DNA from: the human T2T-CHM13v2.0 reference genome, Homo sapiens
Assembly (NCBI RefSeq): GCF_009914755.1
Contig: NC_060946.1
DNA: 64,000 nucleotides
Direction: 5' to 3' (one strand)
Shown: positions 51,131-64,000 of the stretch, piece by piece
How the letters are laid out: the number at the start of each line of letters is the position of its first letter
Position numbering within the stretch: position 1 is the stretch's first letter
Made by a program: the position numbers and the translations under genes
The notes under the pieces: model-generated
Databases searched by the model: none
What the model was told of the DNA's origin: nothing
The model's input: only the letters and a program-made list of their open reading frames with translations

Positions 51131-52469
51131 TCATGATTGTGAACTGAACCTTTTCAAAACTTTTTTTAAAGAATAATAGCAAAAAACAAACAACAGCTTT
51201 TAATTTACAGATGGGAATTACAGCAGTTTGTCCACCACCTTGACCCATGGCATGCATTGAGTCTGATAATGGAATATTGCACCTAGGATGTTTACTCTGC
51301 CTTCTAAGCTAAAACTTAGAATATGCTTTTTTAAAAGATAATACATTTTGAGTAGCTTAACTCTGCTAAAAAATAGTGACATGTTGTAAACAGAAGCAGG
51401 TGCCCCTTGGGTCATTCTCAATCTAATAGTCCATGTTGTTTTGGCTTCTTGCTCGCCTGTTAATTTTGATCATGTAGTTTTGTCTGGTGATTGTCACATT
51501 TTTGTTCATTTCCCCTTCAGAATGAGAGAATTAATTCTTTGAGATAGCTCCTCTCCTTGCCCACTTAAATATGTGTTTCTCAATTAGGTATGCATAAGAA
51601 TCATTTGCATAAAATCGTCAAAATATGCAGTCCCAGGCCATGGCCCTAGCAGATGTATTTTGAAAAGCTCTGCAGGTGACCCCAGTACATGTCCCTAGTT
51701 GAGAATCACTGCCTTAGATGAAGGGAATTAGATGTGACTGTGATGACTTGGAGGAGGACAGGGGTGACAGGGAGGTCAAGGCTTGATGGGAAGCCCTGTA
51801 ATGATTGGTTTCTTCATTGTTTTGTTTTGTTTTGTTGGACTACCAGACCAAAGCCTGTCACACAATGATGAAAGAGTAATAAGACAGTGCTAATTTCTTA
51901 GGAAACTTAGTTATGGAAAATAAATTCTCGTATGACTAGGCGTTACTATAATAAATTTCTAACCAAAAGACATTTCAAAGGAGAATGTAGTCCGGGAGTT
52001 TGTAGTGATGTGTAAAAGAAACCATAATTATTAGTTATAATTAATTGGTTACAGAGAATAGTATCTGCCCTTGTACATTTCCTCAGTTTCAGCCCAGAAG
52101 TAGGCTTTATTTTGGAAGGATCTTTGTAAATTACTTGCTTGAAATATAAATGATACTTTACCATAGAAATAGTGTTATGCATACTGGTACAGTGCCCATA
52201 CTTTCTAAACCAACATACTTTCTAGAAAAGGATTTGGGCACTTAAGTATTTATATTTGTAGGGCTTTTTGATGATTTATGGGGACAGCAGATGAGAAAAC
52301 TGGCATTTTTTCCTGGATAGTCTAGACTCTGGTTGCTGCAACATGGTGGTTGGGTTCCTAGGCCTGGCCACAAGACTGATGCTTGCAAAGCCAAGTGTTA
52401 GTTGTGCTGTAGAACTGAGCTCCTCTGTATGGTAAGTGGTGTTGGGAAACAGAAAATCTGTTAGGCATC

Positions 52470-52500
<31 letters not shown>

Positions 52501-52778
52501 TTTTGAGGCAGAGTCTCGCTCTGTCACCCAGGCGATCTCGGCTCACTGCAAGCTCCGCCTCCCGGGTTCACGCCATTCTCCTGCATCAGCCTCCTGAGTA
52601 GCTGGGACTACAGGCACCCGCCACCATGCCCGGCTAATTTTTTTTTTTTTTTGTATTTTTAGTAGAGACGGGGTTTCACCATGTTAGCCAGGATGGTCTT
52701 GGTGTCCTGACCTCGTGATCCGCCCGCCTCGGCCTCCCAAAGTGCTGGGATTACAGGTGTGAGCCGCTGCACCCAGCC
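52470..52778 (-). mobile_element. AluY-like, antisense, with a small internal deletion
   Basis: gcaagctccgcctcccgggttcacgccattc; TSD taggcatctttt. Confidence 0.9.
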
Positions 52779-53745
52779 TAGGCATCTTTTCTTATAGAAA
52801 AAATTTGGGAGGGGTACCAGACCTATTCTCAAACACACTCTTCTTTCCTCTACCAGTCTTAAAAATCAAACTTTCCTTTCTACTCACCACCAAATTTTTT
52901 TTTTTCCAATTGGGGGCTTTCTCATACCTACTATATAATGAAATACAGTTTCACAGTCTCCCTACTCTCCCTACCTCCCACCACTCCAATCAAAAGATAA
53001 CATAAAATAATCCTAAAGGGAGGTGAGAGGCCATTTCAGTCTCCTAAGGGATTTAATTGTTAGACAGCAAGTAAAAATACCAGTTGTCCCTGGGGTATGT
53101 TAAGACTGTAAACAGAGGGAGGGCCTGACCTTTCTATTGTTGGGTCTAGGTTTACAGCCACATCTTCATCTTTATTCCCAGTAAGCCCACCTTGGTACTG
53201 TAAATCTCCTTCTTCTCTTACCTCAGCTGACATGTCTGGGGAACGTGTTCCTTTCCCCAAAGATGGTGTCTTCCTCAGGCAATCTGCCCTTCACTCTGAA
53301 TCTACCCATCTTTCCCCAACAGTTGCTAGAAGCACAAAGAAAAGACTGTTGGTGCCAAGTCTCTGGTTGTGTAGAGGACTGAAGTGAGATTTTTCTGTAT
53401 TTCAGAGTAGTAGTGTATTCATTATATATTCTTCCTGTATTCTCCACCATTAAAAAAAACTGTGAGAATTCTGTGAGGAATAGGGTAGAGATTTCAAGTG
53501 GAGGTTATGTGAAGACATAGGCTAGAGCTGGCTTGCTACCAGGTATCAAATAATAGAAAGCACTTAAGGTAGAAGCTAATATCCTCCTTCGTTGGATTTT
53601 AGAGTAGAACTAAAAGAGTTTGATGGATTGATGTAATCGTTCAGATTTAACAGGGATGAAGTTTAGGATTAAGTTTAGGATTAAAAAGCCCAATTGCGTA
53701 GACTATGTAATGGAGGAAGTTGGACATAGATATTGAGCCTTGTTA

Positions 53746-53985
<240 letters not shown>

Positions 53986-53991
53986 TTAATA

Positions 53992-55441
<1,450 letters not shown>

Positions 55442-55788
55442 TTGAGAGAGGCTTTAGTTTAACTTAATATTGATTGGATAATGATATGTGGGTGGGGGAA
55501 CATTGAGAAGTCTAAGATACCAAGCAGGTTTCTGACTTGAGCAGCTGGTTCGGTGATAAGTTCATTCTTTGAGGGTGAAGAAATGAGATTGGGGCTAGGA
55601 AACAAGTTTGAGAGGAAGGGAAAGATGATAAGTGGTAGTTAAAGCCAGAGCATGGAAGAGTTTGTACTCAAGGAACTGAAATGTGGAAAGGGTGCAGACC
55701 CTATTGTCACATTGATTTTGTTTTGTTTTGTTTTGTTTTTAAGCCACTACTTATGGCCAAATTCATTTGCCATTCTCCAGTCAAAAGC

Positions 55789-56120
55789 CAGGATTGCCAT
55801 TATGGCCGTGGACAAAGTTGGCCTCACTGCCAACTTTTTTGTACTGCCCATGAGCTAAGAATATTTTCTACGTTTTTTAATTTATTGGAGAAAAAATGGG
55901 GACAATATTTCAAGACGTGAAAATGACAGGAAATTCATATTTCACTGTCCGTAAATAAAGTTTTATGGGAGCACAGCCACACTCATATGTTTACACATTG
56001 TCTATGGTGCTTTGGCCCCACAAGTGCAGAGTTGAGTTGTTGTGATGAAGACCATATGGCCAGTAAACCCTAAAATATTTACTATCTGGCCCTTTACAGA
56101 AAGTTTGCTGATCCCCCCTG
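55789..56120. mobile_element. MER58B-like (hAT-Charlie) DNA transposon
   Basis: gagctaagaat...aaataaagttttat...taaaatatttactatctggccctttacagaaagtttgctgatcccc. Confidence 0.85.
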
Positions 56121-56792
56121 ATCAAGAGTAGGAGAAGCCCACACAGGAAGAGGAAAGGAAGAGCTGAAGCGCTAGCTGGAGCACGTCTCACAGAAATGGG
56201 AGGGAGGGAATGACGAGTGGTGTCAGAAGCTGCAGAAAAACCGAAGAAGGAAAGGTCCAAGATGGGCTGGTTAGACTGGCAACAAAGATCACTAGTGACT
56301 TATGAGGAAAGAAACTTCCAGGGAGATGTTCAAGGCAAAAGCCAGTGTGTGTTGGGTTGAGGAGGGAGTGGAAGGTAAAGAAATAGAGGCAGTGCTGAGA
56401 GGTTACTGAAAATTGTTCAGTACACATTGACCGCTCACTGCATGTCATCAGATTTAAAATGTTCAGCCTAGAATATCTTTTCTAGGCCTTGTTTGTATTT
56501 TAACTACTACTTTAAAAACATTTCTAGGTCATTCTTTTTTATGTTTGATACCATTGAGATAGTTAAAGGAAATAATAGTTTGTACTAGTTCTGTGCAGCT
56601 GCTGTGTTCAGAACCCTGCCTGGTTTGGAAGTTTCTTAAAGAGCACTTTTATCTGAAAAAGTAGCATCTAATTGGAGTTTTCAGAAATAGGGGCAATTGG
56701 AAGTTTAAACTGTGAGATACAAGAATGGAATAAGAAAAATGGGATGAGGAAGGGGAGGAGATTCAATTATTAGAGCACGTAAATGGTTCTTA

Positions 56793-57479
<687 letters not shown>

Positions 57480-58595
57480 CACAATGTTTTTATTTCCCTA
57501 TAGTACTGAGATCATGTTTAAGCCACAAACCTTTCCTCTGGAAGATAAGAAACTATGCACTTACTTTGAACAGCTCATCTTTAGAAAAACTTGCACAACT
57601 TACAAATCCTTAAGATTCAGAAAAGAGACAGCCTGAAAAGTAACACATTCAGACTTTTAATGATAGCTTCTCTTGCCCTTTATCGTCTAACATTCTGGAC
57701 CATGATGATGGGTGATGCACACTGATTCTGATGTCTTAAGTTTGGACTTTGGGAGTCAATTTGGATCAGACATCCTGCCTGAAAAGCTGTGTTGCTCTCC
57801 AATTAGTGCCGGCAATTCTGGTTGGCCTTTAAAAGCTTAACATTCTTGGATTCACAGAAAGGTGTGATTTAAAAAATAGAGTAAGAATTCATTCAGGTGC
57901 TGAAACACAGTTTGCTATGACTAAGGTGGTGTCTTGGGCGTTTTCTGACTGTTTCCTGGAGGTTTTGTTTTTTTCTTTTTATACTTTGACCTATTTGTAC
58001 ATGATGTCCTGGAGTTTGAATGACTAATCTCCTGGGCCAGAGCACACTGTATTGGGAGGAAAGTGGTTGAGGTGTGTTCCCATTTTATAATGACTTTATC
58101 ATTTACAATCCATTCTGTCTCTGATGTGGTGGGAAAGTGCCCTGAGGAACTTTTGCAAGGAATCTTACATGATACGTGATACCTACCAAATTTCTTCAGT
58201 TGAAACAGTGCTGTGAATGTTTTAAAGTGAGTCAAACTGGTGTTCAGCCCTCAGTCCTGCAGGTCACTCTGTCATGTCTTGTTGTTTTTCTGGATTGAGT
58301 TAAAAGTATGTAGTAGACCTGGGTAACTTATAATGAAGATTCTTGACCTTTATAGCAGGGCAGCCTTACAGAAACATAGCTCTTTCTGTCCTAAAAACCA
58401 GTTGGGATGAATTTCTCCAGTCTCTGCCAACTTCTTGTTTATTCTCATAATAAGATAAAAGGGGATTGCGAATGCCCTGTGCTATAGAATCCTCCAGTAA
58501 CAGATAGAAAATTAATATTAAATAATCTTCATTCATTCATTTACCAGTTATGTATCCATCTGTTGTTATAGGTCATGAATATTAGATAATGACTA

Positions 58596-58895
58596 ATTTT
58601 CTTTTCTTTTTTTTTTGAGACAGAGTCTTGCTCTGTGGCCCAGGCTGGAGGGCAGTGGCACGATCTCGGCTCACTGCAACCCCCGCTTCCCAGGTTCAAG
58701 CAATTCTCGTCCTCAGCCTCCTGAGTAGCTGGGAATACAGGCGCATGCCACCACGCCCAGCTAATTTTTGTATTTTTAGTAGAGACTAGGTTTCACAATG
58801 TCGGCCAGGATGGTCTCGATCTCCTGACCCTGTGATCTACCCACCTCGGCCTCCCAAAGTGCTGGGATTACAGGCGTGAGCCATCGCGCCTGGCC
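58596..58895 (-). mobile_element. AluSc-like, antisense
   Basis: TSD gactaatttt. Confidence 0.9.
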
Positions 58896-59811
58896 GACTA
58901 ATTTTATTTTCTTAAGTCACACATTTATTCTGCTCATCAGATTTTGGATCCTCTGACCTCCACTCCCCCTCCCCTTACTGGGAGGCCTGGTGCTGCCTTG
59001 TGATTAGCTGAGGTTAGACATGGGGTTACCTGGAAATTGCTGCAGGCACCTGCTCTTTTCTCCTGTCACCCACAGTATGTTAATGTCCAGTAGTGGCATA
59101 GATTGGGCCGCCTGATTTCTGATGATGTATCTCTCTCATAAAGGAGCCAGTTCAGCAAGCAACATGCTGGCCCCGCATCATTTTAGCAGTCAAAGCAGTA
59201 CTACCCCCAGAGTTGGCCCTGACGTTACCCTGGGAGGCAGGGATTTGGGCCTCAGAATCATCCGAACTGTCAGGCTTGATGATTATTTCTGTACGACTTC
59301 CAGCCTCTATTTGCCAGGTAGATTTTTATGGAGAGGGTAGTGATCTTCTGGCAGCATGCAGCGAGGGAGGTACAGATCTAAGAGAGCCTTCTCTGTATGT
59401 TCGACGGGAAGAGCCAGAGGGTCCGGCAGAGTGCGGTTTCACGGTTGCCCCGACATTCCCACGCTGTGTGCGGGCCATTTTTAAAATTAAGTTTAAAAAA
59501 ATCAAATGATTTAAAGTAAACAGAAAAAGTATTTACATTTTGAAATTTCTATTTTAAAGAATTGGGAAGAAACACTTTTTTTTTTTTTTTAAAGAAAAGC
59601 AAAAAGATTTGTAACATTTCTAGTATTTACACAGAGAGCGGTGCAAGTCTTTGAGTCCAGGTAGCTGTAGAAACCAGAACCAAGCTGAGTTTGTGATTTT
59701 CTAGGCCTGGAGTTTCTTGTAAGAGTCCACTCTGTGCCATGCCCTAAGGAAGAAAGAAAAGATGAAAGATGGGTCCTTGCCCTCAGGAAGTCATGGCCTG
59801 GTGAGGGAGAA

Positions 59812-59927
59812 GGACTTGTAAATGGAGAATTTCTGTGATAGAGAGAGATGGGACTTGTAGATGGAGAATTTCGGTGGTAGAGATAGATGGATTTTTGAAT
59901 GGAGAATTTTCATGGTAGAGAGAGATG
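59812..59927. repeat. Degenerate minisatellite, 3 x ~39 bp (GGACTTGTARATGGAGAATTTC...TAGAGAGAGATG)
   Basis: Units 59812-59850, 59851-59889, 59890-59927. Confidence 0.85.
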
Positions 59928-60371
59928 GATGATGTGTTCCAGGAGCACTTAGGAAGAATGTTTAGCCCATCTAGGCCAGGGGCTTCAATAAAGTTTACTC
60001 AGGGGTAGATCTTTTAAGAATGTGGATGAAGGGAAGGGACCCTTGGACTGAGGCTTGAAACCTTTCCCAAGGACTTTGCCATGGACATTTAACTCTTCTA
60101 GGCAGCACTTCAGGGAATTAATTCCACTGTTGATTTAGGGGAGTGAATGTTGATTGCTTCCCTCTCCGCCTTAATTAATGGAATGTATTCCATGACCTTG
60201 CTGTGTTTAAATTCTTGTCACTGTCAGCCGCCACCTTCATCCTACCTTCAGCAAACTGAAGAGATTGTGGAGAATTTGGAAAAACTGTTTCCCTTGAGAG
60301 TAGAGTAAAAGGAGAAGTTACTTTGTTAGAATTGGTACCATGTAAGCTTTCTTACAAATAATCTTAGCCAG

Positions 60372-61135
<764 letters not shown>

Positions 61136-61206
61136 TATTTTTAAAATTTTTAGAAAAAATGTATTTGATGTATTTCAAAGACTGTTTCCCAACCCCTCTC
61201 TTTTAG

Positions 61207-61548
61207 TGCCCGAAGTGACGAAACCAAGTTTAAGCCAACCAACGGCCGCCAGCCCAATTGGCAGCTCTCCATCGCCACCAGTCAATGGTGGCAACAATGC
61301 CAAAAGGGTGGCAGTGCCGAACGGACAACCGCCAAGCGCCGCCCGCTACATGCCTCGGGAGGTGCCGCCGCGATTCCGTTGCCAGCAGGACCACAAAGTG
61401 TTACTAAAACGTGGGCAGCCCCCTCCACCGTCCTGCATGCTCCTTGGGGGTGGGGCAGGGCCTCCTCCCTGCACAGCACCTGGAGCAAACCCAAACAACG
61501 CACAAGTGACAGGAGCGCTGCTGCAGAGTGAGAGTGGGACTGCGCCAG
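61207..61548 (+). CDS. TNRC6B: TNRC6B coding exon (342 nt, phase 1 to 1): [19 protein letters not shown]...[25 protein letters not shown]...SESGTAP
   Basis: cccctctcttttag acceptor, CAG|gtaagg donor; overlaps ORF 61206..61622; contains the TNRC6-family [12 protein letters not shown]...HKxLLKRGQ motif; CpG retained. Confidence 0.97.
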
Positions 61549-61570
61549 GTAAGGCACCCTGTGAATCGAA

Positions 61571-61576
61571 TGCATG
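61571..61576 (+). promoter_or_regulatory. TGCATG (RBFOX consensus) 23 nt downstream of the exon 4 donor
   Basis: Exact hexamer in the usual downstream-enhancer position. Confidence 0.4.
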
Positions 61577-62132
61577 GCAGCTTGACAGAGAGAGAGCACT
61601 TTGTTTGCATTGCTTGATGTAAAGTCCAGGAAAGCCATTCATTATATAAACCACTGGGATTAGTCAAAAGATGAGAGAGGATCCTAGTATGCGATGTGTA
61701 TTGGTGATTCTTGGAACTGAGGTTTAGTGTTCCGTAAGTGTGTGCTCTTGGCATAAGGGCTAACTTAACTGCTGTTGCTTATTATTTTGGGGGCCTTTTT
61801 TCCTTCTCAGACTAGAGTGTTACAAATTTGAGCCTCCATAGTTCCACCGTCATATGTGTTCAGGGCATAATTGGACATGGGGCTTGTGCGAAGGCGAATC
61901 TTTAGATGCCTGTGTTATGTTTCCAGAATGCTAGGAGGATAGAGAAAATGATTTGCTACATTGCAATATAGAATCTTCGGAGGATTCTAAAATAATACTA
62001 TAGTTTTTAAATTAGATTTTTAAACTCAGTATTTCTTTTTGTGGGCCCTGGATTTTGAGCTTTGTTAAAAACTGTATGTAGAAATAAGGGATATTTAGCT
62101 GAAAGGTTCTACTAGAAGTTTTGAGAGTTTTT

Positions 62133-62459
<327 letters not shown>

Positions 62460-63199
62460 CTAAGTCAACTAACAGCTAAGAAATTCTAAATATCTTTTAA
62501 AGTTTATTAACAGATTTCAACTTAAAATGTCTTTTGGGGTGATATTAAAATTCAGAGCTTGAATACCATTAGGCATTGGCAAAGATAATGAATTGATGGT
62601 TGTCACCAGTAGGATGCTTTAATTGAGTTCTGAGTTTAAACAAATAATTGCCTAGAAAATTTGGTCACCATCTTGCTGTGTGCAGAGTAAGGATGGAAAG
62701 AAACCTCGTGGTGACACAGACTTCCTGCAGAGATAAGCCCTACCCATGGCCTTTCCTTCCTGGCTCTCCAAACCAGCTGCAAAAGGAAGCATGTGAAGGG
62801 GCAGGCCCTGTCAGGCGGAGTTTCTGCAGCCGAGTGTAGCCAGGCCTAGGTGGAGACTGGGGTCCAGTGTGAGTCAGAGTCCACATTATTAAAACGGAGG
62901 AGGCCCCTAAATCTCGAGTTTCGGTTTCTATGCTTTTTATTTTCCTATGCCTCCGTATAATACTTTTTGAAACTTCAAATTGATTAAAAGCTGCCTGGTT
63001 AAAGAAGCCAAAATAAATTTAGAAGAAATGATCTCATTAAAAACATGTTTTTCCCACCAAATATGGTAAATTCCACCAAAATATATGGTGAGCCAGACTC
63101 ATTTAACAGATTAAGTTCCTTGGGGTTGTGAACTCTGCCTAATTCATACTCATGTGACACCCCTGCCACCCTGGGCACCTAGCTCAGTGGCTCAGTGGG

Positions 63200-63960
63200 T
63201 ATTCATCATTCAGCAGATGCTTACTCCGCAGCATTGTGCTGGCTGCTGTGTGGAATTCTAACGTTAGCAAGTTAGGGTCTCTGCCTAAAAGACGCTAACA
63301 TGGGGAAGGAAAGTTGTGAACATGGTGCCACAGCACTGAGCAAAATGGCTCTAGACAGGGAAAGATTATTTTCAGGTGATGAGCTTGAAAACAGCTTCGC
63401 AGATGAAATGACACTTGAATTGGGCCCAGAAGGATGAGTAAATTTCACTGTGTGAATTCAGCAGGAAAACACAGTAGGTGCCAACGTGAAATGGTGCCAG
63501 AGTGAGAAGGCACAAGTTGTGGAATGTCAAGTAGTATCGAATATTGACATCTACATAGGAGGTAGTAGAAGATAAGACTAGAAAAGTTGGTTGGTCCCAG
63601 GTCATGGAACATCTTGATGACATTCGAGGCCAAGGAGTTCAGCTTTATTCTTGTGCACTAAGGAACTGTTGAAGGTTCTCCATACAGCAGTGATATAATC
63701 AAAAGTGTGCTTTAGAAAGATTGCTCCAGCCAGGGGTGTTTAGAGTAGGTTGAAGATACAGAGCAAGTTTAGAGTGCCATTGCTATTGCCTTGTCCCAAG
63801 ATACAAGAAGGCCCTTCTCTGTCAATAGGAATGGCAAAGGACGTAGCTTTGAGAGAGATGAAGTTAGACTTAACCGGTGTAACACAAGGCAAATGAAAAA
63901 AAAGAGATGACTAAGACAGTTGTGATACAAGCAACTGGGTTGAGAGAAACTGGCATGTGA
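63200..63960 (+). mobile_element. L2 remnant (reverse complement of the L2 3' end)
   Basis: ttcatcattcagcagatgcttact...ggccaaggagttcagctttattc...tttagaaagatt. Confidence 0.55.
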
Positions 63961-64000
63961 TCAGCTCTCCTAAGGGCAGAGCTCAAAGGAGAGCCCCTTT

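Noticed and set aside
53659-53682. 12-bp tandem duplication AAGTTTAGGATT x2
   Set aside because: Ordinary slippage duplication
59812-59927. Regularly spaced repeats resembling a CRISPR array
   Set aside because: Contiguous degenerate units without unique spacers, in a mammalian intron
61282-61754. Antisense ORFs over exon 4, and read-through of ORF 61206..61622 beyond 61548
   Set aside because: Shadow frames of a GC-rich exon; the real frame exits at the GTAAGG donor

Overview
Primate (very likely human) genomic DNA inside the TNRC6B gene (GW182 family, miRNA-silencing effector; chr22q13 from recall), transcribed on the + strand. The window holds three coding exons: 45405-45492 (88 nt), 50568-50589 (22-nt microexon) and 61207-61548 (342 nt). 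Spliced, they encode [47 protein letters not shown]...SESGTAP. The start-codon exon lies upstream of the window. The rest is intron, dense in Alus (about 45, some nested), old L1/L2/L3/MIR, LTR and DNA-transposon remnants. Nearly all ORFs in the supplied track are spurious. The main observation is a recurring architecture in non-repeat intronic sequence. Each of the three introns before exon 4 contains a candidate cryptic exon (2824-2911, 49351-49381, 59304/59318-59369) whose 5' splice site can be buried by pairing with a downstream complementary stretch, one of them a perfect 40-bp duplex. Inclusion would usually shift the frame or add a stop, which suggests RNA-structure-gated poison or recursive exons; this is a hypothesis, not established. 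There is also a ~370-bp local inverted duplication (54076-54446 / 55067-55441) and several small template-switch scars. Repeat boundaries and subfamily names were assigned by eye and are approximate.
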